Assembly (NCBI RefSeq): GCF_009914755.1
Contig: NC_060938.1
Length of the DNA: 64,000 bases
Strand: one strand, 5' to 3'
Origin: the human T2T-CHM13v2.0 reference genome, Homo sapiens
This document shows positions 13,191 through 28,700 of this stretch, in pieces; the first letter of the stretch is position 1, and each line of letters starts with the position of its first letter. The position numbers and the translations under genes were made by a program. The notes beneath the pieces were generated by a model. The model ran no database searches and had not been told where the DNA came from. It saw only the letters and a list, made by a program, of their open reading frames with translations.

Positions 13191-16032
13191 AGTGGCGTGG
13201 AATGGAGTGGAGTGGAGAGGAATGGATTTGAAAGGATTGCAGTGGAAAGGAATGCATCGGGGTGTAGTGGAATGTAAAGGAATGCAGTGGAATGGAATTG
13301 AATGTTATGGAATTGAATGGAGTGTAGAGAAATTGAATGGAATGGAATGGAATGGAAGGGAATGGAATGGAAGGGAATAGAATGGAGTGGAATGGTGTGG
13401 AAGGGAATGGAATTTAAAGGATTTGAGTGGATTGTAGTGGAGTGGAGTGGAATGGAATTGTGTGGAATGGAATGGATTGCAATGGAATGGAGTGGAAGGG
13501 AATGGAGTGGTGTGGAGTAGAATGGATTGGAATTAAATGCAATGGAATGGAATGGAGTGGAATGGAACAGAATGGAATGGAGTGGAATGGAATGGAATGG
13601 AGTGGAACGGAGTGGAGTGGATTGGAATGGAATGGAGTGGAATGGAGGGGAGTGCAATGGAATGGAACGGTGTGGAGTGGAGTGTAATGGAACGGAGTGG
13701 AATAGAATGTAATGGAATGCAATGGCTTGGAATGGAGTGGAATGGAACGGAATGACAGGGAATGGAATGGAATGGAAAAGAACGGAAGGGAAGGGAGTGG
13801 AATGGAATGGAATGGAATGGAAGGGAATGCAGTGGAATGGAAATTAAAGGAATGGAATGGAATGGAATGGAATGGAATGGAATGGAATGGAATGGAGTGG
13901 AATGGAGTGGAGTTCAGTGAAGTAGAATGGAATGGTGTAGAGTGGAGTGGAATGCAATGGAATGGAATGGAAAGGAGTGGAGAGGAATGGAGTGGTGTGG
14001 AATGGAATGGAATGATATGGAATGGAATCGAATGGTGTGTAAAGAAATTGTAGGGAAAAGAGAGAAGAGATGTGGAGTGGAATGGAATGGAGTGAATGTA
14101 GTGGAGTGGAGTGGTTTGTAATGGAGTGTAATGGAAAGGAAAGGATAGGAGTGGAGTGGAAAGGAGTGGAATGGAATGGAAAGGAATGGAATAAAAGGGC
14201 ATGGAATGGAATGGAGTCCGGTTGAGTGGAATGGAATAGAGTGGAGTGGAATGGAAAGGAATGGAATGAAATGGAATGGAATTGAGTGGAGTGGAGTGGA
14301 GTGTAATGGAGTGCCATCGAGTGGAATGGAATTGAATGGAATATAATGGAATAGACTCGAATGGAATGGAATGCAGCGGAATGGAGTCTAGTGGAGTAGA
14401 ATGGAATGGAGCGGAATGGAGTGGAATGGAATGGATTGGAGTGAAAAGAATGGAATTGAATGGATTGGAATAGAATAGAGTGGAATATACTGCAGTGGAA
14501 AGGAATGGATTGGAGTGAAAAGAATGGACTGGAATGGATTGGAGTGGAATAGAGTGGAATGTAGTGCAGTAGAATGGAATTGATTGGTATGGAATGGAGT
14601 TGAATGGAATTGCGTGTAGTGGAAAGGAAGGGAATGGAATGGAATGGAATGGAGTGGAGTGGAGTACAGTGGAGTGGAGTGGGGTCGAATGGATTGTAGT
14701 CGAATGGAATGGAATGGAATGGAGTGGAAGGGAGTGGAGTGGAATGGAATGAAAGGCATTGGAAAGGAATATAATGGAATATAATGGAATGGAATGGAAA
14801 GAAATGGAATGGATGGGAATGGACTGGAATAGAGTGGAGTAGAATATACTGGAATGGAATGGAAGGAATGGAATGGTATGGAAAGGAGGGGAGTAGAGTG
14901 GAATGGAATGGAGTGGAATGGATTGGAATGGAATGGAATGGAATGGAATGGAAAGAATGGAATGGAGGGCAGTGGAATGGATTGGATTGGAGTGGAATGG
15001 AGTGGAATGGAGTAGAGTGTAGTGAAAAGGAATGGAATGGAGTGGACTGGAATAGAGTGGTATGGAATGGAACGGAGTGCAGTGGAATGGAATGGAATGG
15101 AATGGAATGAAATGAAATGGAATGGAGTGAAGTGGAATGGAATGGAGATGAGGAGAATGGAATGGAATGGAAAAGAAGGAAATGGAGAGGCGGGGAGTGG
15201 AGTGGAATGCAATGAATTTCAATGGAGTTGAGTGGATTGGAATGGAACAGAATGCAGTGGAATGGAATGGAATGAAATGGAAAGTAGTGGAATGGAATCT
15301 AACGGAAAGGAGTGGAATGGAATGGAATGGAATACAATGGAATGGAGTGGAATGGAGAGGAGTGGAGGGAGTGGAATTGAATGGAGTGAAGTGAAGTGGA
15401 ATTGAAACGAATGGAATGGATTGGAATGGAATAGAATTTAGTGGAGAGGAAAGGAGTGGAGTAGAGTGAAACGGAAGGGATCGGAATGGAAGAGAATGGA
15501 GAGGAATTTAATGGAATGGAGTGGATTGAAGTGGAGTGGAGTGAAAAGAAATGGATTGGAATGGAATGGAATGGAGAGGAATGGAACGGAATGGAATGCA
15601 GGGTAATGGAGTGGAGTGGGGGGGAGGGGAATGGAATGGAATGCAATGCAATGGAATTGAATGGAATGGAGTGAATTGGAACGTAATGGTGTGAAGTTGA
15701 GGGGAATTGAATGTAATGGAATGGAATGGAATTGATTGGAATGGAGAGGAAGGGAGTGGAGTGGAATGAAATGGAGTTTAAAGAACGGAGTAGAATGGAA
15801 CGGAATGGAATGGAGTGGAGTGGATAGGAATGGAGTGGAATGGAATGGATAGAAATGGAATGGATTGGAGTGGGGTGGAATGGAATGGAGTGGAGTGAAG
15901 TAGAATCGAATTATAATGAAATGGAGTGGAATGCAGTGGAGTGGGGTGGAGTGGAATGGAATGGAACAGAATGGAATGGAATGGAATGGAATAGAGTGGA
16001 ATGTAATGGAATGGAAAAGAATGGAGTGGAAT

Positions 16033-16223
16033 GGAGTGGAGTGAAATGGAATGGAACGGAGTGGATTGGACTGGAATGGAATTCCATGGAATGGAATGCA
16101 ATGGAACGGAATGGAATGGAACGGAGTGGAGTGAAATGGAATGGAACGGAGTGGATTGGACTGGAATGGAATTCCATGGAATGGAATGCAATGGAACGGA
16201 ATGGAATGGAACGGAGTGGAGTG
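16033..16223 (+). repeat. Exact 90-bp tandem duplication
   Basis: ATTCCATGGA at 16081 and 16171 with identical flanks; also visible as an exact 30-aa repeat in the ORF track. Confidence 0.95.
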
Positions 16224-16289
16224 GAATGGAATGTAACGGAGTGAACGGGAGTGGAATGGAATGTAACGGAGTGAACGGGAGTGGAATGG
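16221..16289 (+). repeat. Exact 30-bp tandem duplication
   Basis: GTGGAATGGAATGTAACGGAGTGAACGGGA at 16221 and 16251. Confidence 0.95.
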
Positions 16290-19200
16290 TATTAAATGGA
16301 GTAGAACGGAAAGGAGTGGAATGGAGTTTAGTGGAGTGGCATGGAATGGAGTGGAATGGAGATGATTTGAGTGGTTTGGAATTGAATGGGATGGAGTAGA
16401 GTGGATTGGGTAGAGTGAATGGGAATCGAATGGAATGGAAAGGATTGGAATGGAATGGAGTGAAAGGGCGTGGAATGGATTGGAATGGAATGGAATAGAA
16501 TGGAATGGAATGGAAAGGAATGGAATAGAAAGGAATGGAATGGATTGGAGTGGAATGGAATGGAATGGAATGGAATGGAATGGAATGGAATGGAATGGAA
16601 CAGAGTGGAGTGGAATGGAACGGAATGGAATGGAATCGAGTGGAATGGAATAGAAAGAAATGGAATGGAATGGAATGGAGTGTAATGGAATGGACTGGAG
16701 TGGAGTGGAATGGAATGGAATTGAATGAAATGAAGAGGAATAGAATCAAATGGAAGGGAAATGAAGGGATTGGAGTGAAATTGAATGGAGTGGAATGGAG
16801 AGCAGAGGAATAGAACGGAATGGAATGGAGTGGAGTGAAATGGAATGGAGTGGAAAGGAATGGATTAGATTGTAAAGGAGTGCAGTGGATTGGAACAGAA
16901 TGGAGTTGAATGGAATAGAGTGGAAAGTAATGGAACAGAGTGCAGTGGAATGGAACGGAATGGAATGGAAAGGAATGAAATGGAATGGAATGGAATGGAG
17001 TGGAGTAGATAGGAATGGAACTGAGTGGACTGGAATGGAATGGAACGGAATGGAATAGATCGGAGTGGAGTGGAGTGGAGTGGATTGTGGTCGAGAGGAA
17101 TTGAATGGAATGGAATGGAATGGAATGGAACAGAATTTAATGGAATGCAGTGCAGTAGAGTGGAGTGGAGTGGAATGGAATGGACCGGAATGGAAAAGAT
17201 AGGAATGGAGTGGAATTGATTTGAATGGAATTGATGGGAGTGGAATGGAATGGAGTGGAGTGGAGTGAAGTGGAATGGAATGGAATCGAATAGATTGGAA
17301 TGCAGTGTAGTGGGTTGGGGTGGAATGCAATGGAGTGGAGGGATGCGGATTGGAAAGGAATGGAATGGAAAGGAATAGAAGAGAATGAAATGGATTGGAG
17401 TGGAGTGTAGTGGAATGGAAAGAAATGGAATGGAGTGGAATGGAATGTAGTGGGGTGGAGTGTAATGGAATGGAGTAGAGTGAAGTGGAAGGGAATGGAA
17501 TGGAGTGGAATGCAATGGAATGGAGTTGGGTGGAGTTGAATGGAGAGGAAAGTAGAGAAATGGAATTGAGTGGAATGAAAGTGATAAGAGTGGAATGGAG
17601 TGGAATGGAATGGAATGGAATGAAAGGGATAAGAATGGAATGAAGAGAAATGGAATGAAATGGAATGGAGTGGAATGGAGGAGATTGGACTGGAGTGGAG
17701 TGGAGTGGAGTGGATTGGGGTACAGTGGGGAGGAATGGAGTGGAAAAGAATGGAGTAGAGTTGAGTGGAATGGAATGGATTGGAGTGGATTTGAGTGGAA
17801 TGGAATGGACTGGAATGGAATGGAATGGAATGGAATGGAATGGAATGGAATGATGTGGAATGGAATGGAGTGGAGAGGAGTGGAGTGGAATGAAGAGGAG
17901 AGGACTGGAATGGAATGGAATGGCATGAAACGGAATGGAACGGAATGGAATGGAGAGGAGGGGATTGGAGTGAATTGGAATGGAGTGGAAGGTAGTGGAG
18001 TGCAGTGGATTGGAATAGAATATAGTCGAATGGAAAGGAAAGGAATGGAACGGAATGTAATGGAGTGGAGTGGTGTTGAATGGAATTGAGTGGAGTGGAA
18101 GTCATGGAATGGAATGGAGTGGACTGGAGAGGAGTTGGGTCGAGTGAAATGGAATGGAATGGAGTGGAGTGGAATGGAATGAAATTCAATGGAATGGAAT
18201 GGATAGGAAAGGAGTGGAATGATCAGAATGGAATGGATTTGAATGGAATGGAATGGAATGTAGAGGAATGGAGTGGAATTGGGTGGAGTGCAATGGAATG
18301 GAGTGGAGTAATGTGGCATGGCATGGAATGGAATGGAAAGGAATAGAACGGAATGAAATGGATTGGAGTGGAGTGGAGTGAAATGGAGTGGAGAGGAGTG
18401 AAATGGAAAGGAATGGAATGGAATAGAATAGAATGGAATGGAGTAAATTTGAATGGAATGGGATGGAGTGGAGTGGAATGGAATGGAATGGAGTGGAGAG
18501 GAGTGGAATGGAATTTAGTGGAGTGGAAGATCATGGAATAGAATGGAGTCGAGTGGAGTGGGGTCGAGTAAAATGGAATGGAATGGAGTGGAGTGCAGTG
18601 GAATGGAATACAATGGAATGGATTGGAAAAGAATGGAATGGAATGGAGTGGAGTGGAATGAAAATCCATGGAGTAGAGTGGAATGGAATGGAGTGGAATG
18701 GAATGGAGTGTAACGAAATGGAATGGAATGGAATAGAGTGGAATGGAATGGAATTCAACTGAACGGAATGGAATGCATTGGAATGGAATGGAATTCAATT
18801 GAATGGAATGGAATGCAATGGAATGGAATGGAAAGGAATTGAATTCCGTGGAATGGAATGGAATTGACTGAAATGTAATGGAATGAAGTGGAATGGAGGG
18901 GAATGGAATGGCATGAATGGGAGTGGAATGGAACGTTATGTAATGGAATGGAATGGCATAGAGTGGAGTGGAGTGGAATGGAATGGAGTGGAGTGGAATG
19001 GAATGGAGTGGTGTGGAATGAAATGGAATGGAGTGGAATGGAGTGGAGCGTAATGGAATGTAATGGAAAGGAATGGAAACGAATAGAATGAAATGGAATG
19101 GAGTGGAAGGTAAAGGAGGGGAGTGGAGTGTAAAGGAGTGGAATGGACTGGAATCGAATGAAATGGAAAGAATAGGAGTGGAATGGAGTGGAATGCAATT

Positions 19201-22200
19201 GATTTAAGTTGAGTGGAATGGAGTGGAGTGGAATGCAAGGGAATGGAGTGTGTTGGAAAGGAATGGAATGAAATGGAGTGGAGTGCAATGAATTGGTATG
19301 GAATGGAATGGAGTGTAGGGGAATTGAATGGAATGGGGTGGAATGGAAAGGAATGGAATGGGGAGGACGGGAGTGGGGTGGAATGGAATGGAATGAAGTG
19401 AAGTGGAAAGGAATGGAACTGAATGGAGAGGAGTGGAATGGAACGGAGTGGAATGGATTTGAGTGGAATGGAATGTAGTGGATTGGAATGGAATGGAGTG
19501 GAATGGAGTGCAGTGGAATGGAAGGGAACAGAGTGGAGTGGAAAGGAATTGAAAGGAACGGAATGAAGTGGAATGGAACGGAGTGGAAAAGAATGGAACC
19601 GAACAATGTGGAATTGAAAGGAGTGGAGTGGAATAGAATGGAATGGAAAGAAGGGGAGTAGAGAGCAAATGAATGGAGTGGAATGGAGTGGAGTGGAATG
19701 GAATGGAACGGAATGGAGTAGAAAGGAATTGAATGGAATGGAACGAATGGAATGGAATAGAAAGTAAAGGAATCGAATGGAGAGGAGTGGATTGGAGAGG
19801 AATGGAATGGAGTGGAATGCAGTGGAGTGGAAAGGATTGGAATGAAGTGTAGTGGAATGGAATGGAAGGGAGCAGAATGGAATGGAGTGTAGTGGAATCA
19901 AATGGAATGAAGAACAATGGAATGGAATGGAATGGAATGAAATGGAGTGGAATGGAGTGGAGTGGAATGGAATCAGATGGAGCAGAGTGAAATGGAATGG
20001 AATTCCATGGAATCGAATGGAATGGAATAGACTGGTGAAGAATGGATTGGAATGGAAACGAATGAAATGCAACAGAATGGACAGGAGTGGAATGGAAAGG
20101 AATGGAGTGGAATGGAATGGAATGGAATGGAATGGACTGGAGTGGAAAGGAATGGAGTGGAATGGAATGGAGTGGAATGGAATGGACTGGAGTGGAAAGG
20201 AATGGAGTGGAATGGAATGGAGTGGAATTGAATGGAGTGGAGTGGAATGGAATGGAGTAGAATCTAGAGCAGTGGAATGGAATTGAACGGTGTAGAATAG
20301 AATGGAATGGAATTTTGTGGAATGGAACGGAGTGAAATGGAATGGAGTGGAGTGTATTGGAGTGGAGTGCAATGGAATGGAATGAAGTGGAATGGAATGG
20401 AGTGGAATAAAATGGAATGGAGTGTAGTGGAATTCAAAGGAGTGTAATGGAATGGAGTAGAATGGAATGGAATGGAATTAAGTGTAGTTGAATGGAATGG
20501 AATGGAGTGTAATGGAATGGAGTGGAATGGAAAGGAAAGAAGGGTAGTGCAATAGAACAGACTGGAATGGAGTGGAGTGCAAAGAAATGGAACGGAGTGG
20601 AGCGGAATGGACTGGAAAGGAATGGATTGGAAAGAAATGGAATGGGGTGAAGTGGAATGGAATGGAATGGAATGGAGTGGAATAGAATGAAATGGAATGG
20701 AGTGTGGTGGAGTGGAATGGAATTGAGTGGAGTTGAAAAGATTTGAATGTAATGGAATGGAGTGGAGTGGAGCGGTGTCGCGTTGCATATAATGGAATGG
20801 AGTGGAGTGATATGGAATGGAATTCAATACAATGGAATGGAATGGAACTTAGTGGAATGGAATTGAGTGGAATGGAACGGAAGGGAGTATAGTGGAATGG
20901 AATTGAACGCAAACGAACGGAAAGGAATGGAATGGAATGGGATGGAAAGGAATGAAATAGAATGGAGTGTAATGGAGTTGCGTGGAATGGAATGGTATGG
21001 AGTTGCGTGGAATGGAATGCAATTTTATGGAATGGAAAGGAATGGAATGGAAAGGAATTGAAAGGAGTGGAGTGGAGTAGAGTAGAGTGGAATCGAATGA
21101 AATGGAATGGAATGGAGTGTAATTTAACATAAAGGAGGGGAGACAAGTGGCATGGAATACAGTGGAATGGCATGGAATGGAGTGGAGTAGAATGGAATGG
21201 AAGGGAATGGAGTGGAGTGGAATCGTATGGAGTGTAATGGAATGGAATGGAGTGGAATGGAATGGAGTTGAGCGGAGCGGAATCGAGTAGAGGGGAATGG
21301 AGTAGAGTGGAATAGAATGGAATGGTGTGTGGTGGAATGGAATGGAATGGAATGGAATGGAATGGAATGGAATGGAGTCGAGTGCAATGGAGTGGTTTCG
21401 AATGGAAAGGAGTGTACTGGAATGGCATGGAAGGTAATGGAGTGTAGTGGGGAAGAATGGAGCGGAGTGGAGTGGAATGGAATGGAGTGGAATGGAGTGG
21501 AGTGGAATGGAATGGAACGGATTTGAGTTTAATGGAATGGAAGGAAATGGAATGGAATCGACTTGGGAGAAGGGGAATATGGTGGAATGGAATGGAGTTG
21601 AGTGGAATGGAATGGTGTGGAATGGAATGGAATGGAGTGGAGCGGAATGGAATGCAGTGTATTAGAGTGGAGTGGAATGGAATGGAACGGATTTGAGTGG
21701 AATGGAATGGAGTGGAGGTATATAAATTGGTATGCAATGGAATGGAATGGAATGGAATGGAAAGGAATGGAATGGAATGGAATGGAGGTTAATGGAGTGG
21801 AATGGAATGGAATGGAATGGAATGGAATGGAATGGAATGGAGTGAAATGGAATGGAATGGGAAGGAGTGGAGTTGAATGGAGTGGAGTGGAGTGGAAAGG
21901 AATGGAATGGAATGGAATGGAGGGGACGGAATGGAATGTAACGGAATGTAGAAGAGGGGAGTGGAGTGGAATGTAATGGAGTGGAATGTAGTGGAGAGTA
22001 GTGATTTGAATGGAATGGGGTGGAATGGAATGGAATGCAGTCGAAAGGAATGGAGTGGAGTGGAATGGCATGGAATGGAGTAGAATGAAATGGATTAGAA
22101 TGGAATGGAGTGGAATGGAATGGAACGTATTGTGGAGGAATGGAAAGGAATGAAATGGAGTTGAATGGAGTGAAATGGAGTGGAATGGTGTGGAGTGGAA

Positions 22201-25200
22201 TGGAATAGATTGGAGTGGATTGGTGTGGAATGGAGTTGAATGGAGTAGAGTGGAATGGAATGGAGTGGAATGGAGTTGAGTGGAGTGGAATGGAGTGGAT
22301 TGGAATGGAGTTGAGTGGAGTGGAATGGAATGTAATGGAGAGGAGCTGAGTTGAGTGGAAAGGGATGGAGTGGAGTGGAATGGAATGGAATGGAATTTTG
22401 TTAGAATTCAATGGAATGGAATGTAGTGGAGTGGAATCTGATGTAATGGATTGGAATTGAATGGAATGCAATCCAATGGAATGGAGTGGAAAGGAGTGGA
22501 GTGGAGTGGAATGGAATGGAGTTAAGGCAAGTGGAACTGAATGGAATGTAGTAGAGTGGAGTGGATTGCAATGTAATGTAAAGGAATGGTATGCAAATAG
22601 TGGAATGGAATGGAATGGAATGGAATGAGTGGGGTGGAGTGGAATGCAATTAAGTGGAGTGGAAACGAATAGAATGGAATGGCATGGAATCAAATGGAAG
22701 GGAATCGATTGGATTGGATTGGGGTCCAGTGGAATGGAATGAAATGGAGTGGAGTGAAATGGAATGGAATTCAATGGAATGGAATGGCATGGAATGGATT
22801 GGAATGGAAGAGAATGGAATGGAGTGGAAAGGAATGGAACGGAATGGAGTGGAGTGGAATGGAATGAAATGGAATGGAATGGAGTGGATTGGAATGGAAC
22901 GGAATGGAACGGAATGGAGTAGTATGGACTGGAATGGACTTGAGTGGAGTTGAATGGAATGGAACAGAATGCAGAGGAGTGCAGAGGAATGCAATGGATT
23001 GAAATGGAATTTAGAGGAATGCAGTGGAGTGGAGTAGAATGGAAGGGAGTGGAATGGAACGCAGTGGAAAAGAATGTAACAGTGTGGAGGGTTGTGGAAT
23101 TTAATGGAGTGGAATGGAATGGAATATAATGGAATGGAGTGGAACAGAATGGAACGGAAAGGAAGGGAGTGGAATGCAATCGAACAGAATGGAATGGAGT
23201 GGAATGGAATGGAACGGTGTGGAGTAGAATGGAATGGAGTGGAATAGAATTTAGTGGAATGGAATGGACTGGATTGGAGTGGAATAGAATGGAACAGGGT
23301 ATAGTGGAGTGGAACTGAATAGAGTGGAATTGAATGGAGTGGAGTGGAGTGGATTGCATTGGAATGGAATGGAATGGAGTGTAATGGAATGGAATCGAAT
23401 GGAACGGAATGGGTTGGAGTGTAATGGAATGCAGTGGGATGGAATAGAGTGGAATGGAATGGAGTGGAGTGGAGTGGAGTGGAGTGGAGTGGAATACAAT
23501 AGAGTGGAATGGAGTGGAGTGGAGTGGAATGGAATGGAAAGGAATGGAATCGAATGGAATGGAATGGAGTGGAATGGAATGGAATGGGATGGAATGGAAC
23601 GGAATGGAGGGGAGTGCAATGGAATTATGTGGAGTGGAGTGGAATTTAGTGGAATGGAATGGACTGCAATGGAATGGAATTGAGCGGAGTGGAATGGAAT
23701 GGAATGGAATGCAATGGAATGGAATCAAATGGAATGGAATGGAATGGAATGGAATGGAGTTAAATGGAATGGAATGGAAAGGAATGGAATGGAACGGAAT
23801 AGAGTGCAGTGCAGTGGAGTGGAAAGGAATGGATTGGAGTGTAATGGAGTGGAATGGATTTAGTGGAGTGGAGAGCAGAGGACTGGGCAAGAGTGGATTG
23901 GAGTTGAGTGGAAAGGAATAGAGTGTAGCGGAATGGAATTAAATGGAGGGTAATAGAGTGGAGGGCTATTCAAAGGAGTGGATTGGAGTGCAGTTCAATG
24001 GAATGGAGTGGAATGGAAAAGAATGTAATGGAACACAATGGAGTGGAGTGGAATGGAATAGAGTGGAATGAATTGGAGAGGAGTGGAACAGAGTGGAGAG
24101 CAGTGGAACAGAATGGAATATAGTGGAATGGAATGGTTTGGAATGAAATGGAGTGTATTGGAATGGATTAGATTGCAATGGAGGGGAATGGAATGACATT
24201 GAATTTAATGGAATGCAATGGAATTGAAAAGAAAGGAGTGGAATGGAGTGGAATGGAATGGAATGGAATGGAATGGAACTGAATGGAATGGAATTGAACG
24301 GAGTGTAATGGATTGGAGTGGAATGGAAAGGAGTGGAGCAAAGTGTAGTGGAATGGAATGGAATGCAATAGATTGGATTGGAATGGAGGGGAGTGGAATG
24401 GAATGGAGAGGAGTGGAGTGGAATGTAAAAAAGGAATGGAATGGAGTGGAGTGTGATGGATTGGAGTCGAGTGGAATGTAATAGAATGGAGTGGTGTGGA
24501 GTGGTTTGGAGTGGATTTGAATGTAGTGCTGTGGAATAGAATGGAGTGCAGAGCAGTTTAGTGGAAATGAATGGATTCGAGTGGATTGGAATGCAGCAAA
24601 ATTGGGAGAAGTGGAATGGAATGGAGTGGAGAGGTATGGGAGGGAATGGAGTGGAATAGAGTGGGAGGGAATGGAGTGGATTGGAGAGTGGTGGAATGAG
24701 TAGGAGTGGAGTGGAATGGAATGGACAGGAGTGGTGTGGAGTGGAATGGAATGGAGTAGAAAGGAAAGGACTGGAGAGGAATGGAATGGAATTGAGTGGA
24801 ATGGAATGGAGGGGAATGGAGTGGAGTGGAACGGATTGGAAAGGAATAGAGTGGAGTGGAATGGAGTGGAGTGGAATGGAATTTAGTAGTATGGAGTGGA
24901 GTGGAGTGGAGTGGAGTGGAATGGAATGGAATACAATGGAGTGCAATGGAGTGGAGTGGAGTGGAGTGGAATGGAGTGGAATGGTGTGGAATGGACTGGA
25001 ATAGAATTTAATGGAATGGAATGGAGTGGAGCCGAGTGGAGTGGAGTGGAATAGATTGGAATGGACTGGAATATAATTTAATGGAATGGAATGGAGTGGA
25101 GCAGAGTGGAGTGGAGTGGAGTGGAATAGAGTGTAGTGTAGTGGAAAGGAATGGATTGGAATGGAATGGAATGGAATGGATTTAAACGGAATGGAGTGGA

Positions 25201-25799
25201 ATGGAATGGATTAGAATGGAATGGAGTGCAGTGGATTTGAATAGAATGGAATGGAATGAAGTGGAAGGGAATAGAATGGAATGGAATGGAGTGGATTGGA
25301 ATGCAATGGAATGGAATGGAGAGGAATGGAATGGAGAGGAGTGGATAGGAGTGGAGTGGAATAGAACGGAGGGGATTAGAGTGGAATGGAGTGGAGTGGA
25401 CTGGAATGGAATGGAGTGAAGTGGAATGGAGTGGAATGGAATGGAGTGGAATGCAGTGGAGTAGAGTTTAGTGTACTGGAATGGAATGGAATGGATTAGA
25501 GTGTAGTGGAGTGAGTGGAGTGGAGTGGAGTGGAATGGAATGGAATGGAAGGAATGGAATGGAATGGAATGGATTGGAGTGGAAAGAAGTGGAGTGGAAT
25601 GGAATGGAATGGAATGGAGTGGAATGTAATGGAAGGGAATGGAATGTAATCGAGTGGAGTGGAATGGAATGGAATGGATTCGAATGTAATGTAATGGAGT
25701 GGAGAAGAGTGGAGTGGAGTGGAATAGCATGGAATGGAATTTAATTGAATGGAATGGAGTGGAGTGGAGTGGAATGGAGTGGAGTGGAGTGGAATGGAA

Positions 25800-28700
25800 T
25801 TGAGTGGAATGGTATCGATTGGAATGGAATGGAGCGGAGTGGAGTGGAGTGAAAAGGGGTGGGATGTAATGGAGTGGAGTGGAGTAGAGAAGATTGGAGT
25901 GGAGAGGACTCGCATGGAATGGAATGGAATGGAATGGAGTTAAATGGAATGGAGTGAAATGGAACCGAATGGAATGGAATGGAATAGAATGGAGTGAAGT
26001 GGAGTGGAATGGAATGTAATGGAATGGATTGGAATGGAAGGAATGGAGTTGAGTGGAGTTGAATGGAATGGAGTGGAGTGGAGTGGAAATGAGTAGAGTT
26101 GAGTGGAATTGAGTGACATGAAGTGGAGGGGAGTGGAGTTTATTGAGGTGGAATTCAGTGGAACATAATGGAAGAAAATGAATTGAATGGAATGGAGTTA
26201 AATGAAATGGAGTGTAATGGAATGGAGTGGAATGGAATGGATTGCAGTGGCATGGAATGGAATGGAGTGGATTTTAATGGAATGAAATGGAATGGAATGG
26301 AATGGAATGGGGTGGAGTGGAGCCGAGTGGAAAGGAATGGAGTATAGTCTTGCCGAGTTGAGTGAAGTGAAGTGGAGTGGAGTGGAATGGAATGGAATGA
26401 AGTGGAGTGAACTGGAGTGGAGTGGAATGGAATTGAGTGGAATTGAGTGGAATGATATGGAATGGAATGGAGTGGAATAGAGTGGAGTGGAATGGGATGG
26501 GATGTAATGGAGTGGAGTGATGTGCAGAAGAGTGGAGTGGAGAGGAATTGCATGGAATGGAATGGAATGAAATGGAGTTAAATGGGATGGAGTGGAACGG
26601 TATGGAGTGGAATTGAATGAAACGAAATGGAGTGGAGTGGAATGGAATGGAATGGAATATATTGGAATGGAGTTGAGTGGAGTTGAATGGAATGGAGTGG
26701 AGTGGAGTGAAACAGTGTGGGGTGGAATGGAGTGGAGTGGAGTAGAGAGAAGTGGAATGGAATGCAGTAGAGTGGAATGGAATGGAGTGGAGTGGAGTGG
26801 AATTCAGTGGAATGAAGTGGAGTGGATTTCAGTGAGGTGGAGTCAAGTGGAAGAGAATGGAATGGAAAGGAATGGAATGGAATGGAATCGAATGGAATGG
26901 AACGGAATGGAGTTAAATGAAATGGAGTGGAATGGAATGGAGTGGAACGGAATGGAGTGCAGTGGCATGGAATGGAATGGAGTGGAGTGGAATGGAATGA
27001 AAGTGGATGGAATGGAATGGGGTGGATTGGAGTAGAGTGGAAGAAAATGGAGTAGAGTCTTGTAGAGTTGATTGAAGTGGAGTGGAATGGAGTGGAAAGG
27101 AATGGAATGGAGTGGGGTGGAGAGGATTGGAGTGGAATGGAATGGAGTGTAGTGAAATGGAGTGGAGTCAAGAGGAATGGAAAGGTATGGAGTGAAGAGG
27201 AATGAAAGGGAATGGAGTGGAATGGAGTGGATTGGAATGGAGATGAATGGACTGGGGGGAATGGAGTGAAGTGGAGAGGATTGGAATGGAGTGGAGTGGA
27301 ATGGAATGGAGTGGAATGGATTGGAATTTAGTGGAATGGATTGGAATGAAATGGAATGGAATGGAGCAGAGTGGATTAGACTAGAGTGGAATGGAATGAA
27401 GAGGAGCAGAGTGGAGTGAAGTGGAGTGGATGGTAGTGGGATGGAATGGAATGGAGTTTAGTGGAGTGGAGAAGAATGGAATGAAGTGGAATGGTGTGGA
27501 GTGAAGGGGAGTGCAGTGGAGTGGAATCGAGTGGAATGGAATGGAGTCGGGTGAAGTGAAATAAAATGGAATGGGGTGGAATGGAGTGGAATGGAATGGA
27601 ATGGAATGCAATGGATTGGAATGTAGAGGAGTTTAGAGCAGTAGAGTGGAGTGGAATGGAATGGAATTGAATGGAGTAGAGGGGAGTGGTGTGGAGTTGA
27701 GTTTAGTGTAGTGGAATGGAGAGGAGTGGGGAAACGTGGAGTTGAGTGGAGTGGAGTGGAATGCAACGGAGTGTAATGGAATGGAAGGGAATGGAGTGGA
27801 GTGGAATGGAATGGAATGGAATGGAATTGAATGGAATGGAACGGAACGGAATGGATTGGAGTGGAATGGAGTTTAGTGTAGTGGAATGGAATTGAGTGAA
27901 TGGAATGGAATGGAGTGGAGTGGAGTGGAATGGAATGGAATTGAGAAGAAAGGTATGGAATGGAATGCAGTGGAGTGGAGTGGAATGGGATGGGATGGAA
28001 TGGAGTGGAATGCAGTGGAGAAAATTGGAGTGGGGTGGAATGGCATGGAATGGAATGTAAAGGAATGGAGATAAATGGAATGGAGTGGAATGGAATGGAG
28101 TGTAGTGGAATGGAAAGGAATGGAGTCGAGTGGAAAGGAATGGAATGGAATGGAGTGGAGAGGAGATGAATGGATTGGAGTGGAGTGGAGTGGAGTGAAG
28201 CAGAGTGCTGTGAAATGGAGAGAAGTGGAGTGGAGTGGAGAAGAATGGAATGGAGTGGAGTGGAGTGGAAATGAATGGAGTGAAGAGGACTGGACTGGAG
28301 TTTAGTAACTTGGAGTTGCGTGGAACTGAATGGAATGGAAAGGAATGGAATGGAGTAGAATGGAGTGGAATAGAATGGAATGGATTTAAATGGAATGGAG
28401 TTGAATCGAATGCAGTGGAACAGAATGGAGTGCAGTGGCATGGAATGGAATGTAGTGCAGTGGAACGGAATGAAAACGGATGGAATGGAATGGAGTGGAG
28501 TGGAGTAGAGTGGAATGGAAAGGAGTGGAGTCTTGTGGATTTGAGTGAAGTGGAGTGGAATGGAGTGGAATGGAATGGAATGGTGTGGGGCAGAAGGAGT
28601 GAAGTGGAAAGGAATGGAGTGGAGTGGAGTGAAATGGATTGGAGCCGAGAAGAATGGAAAGGAGTGGAGTAAAGTGGAAGAAAATTGAATGGAGTGGAAT

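Noticed and set aside
20771-20790. CpG-containing odd stretch AGCGGTGTCGCGTTGCATAT
   Set aside because: It stays in pentamer register and is explicable as several mutated units; too short to call an insertion.
23870-23980. Locally degenerate stretches that look like unique sequence (also 14041-14075, 30350-30480, 53030-53075)
   Set aside because: Still parse as mutated pentamers, with no recognisable TE or gene similarity.
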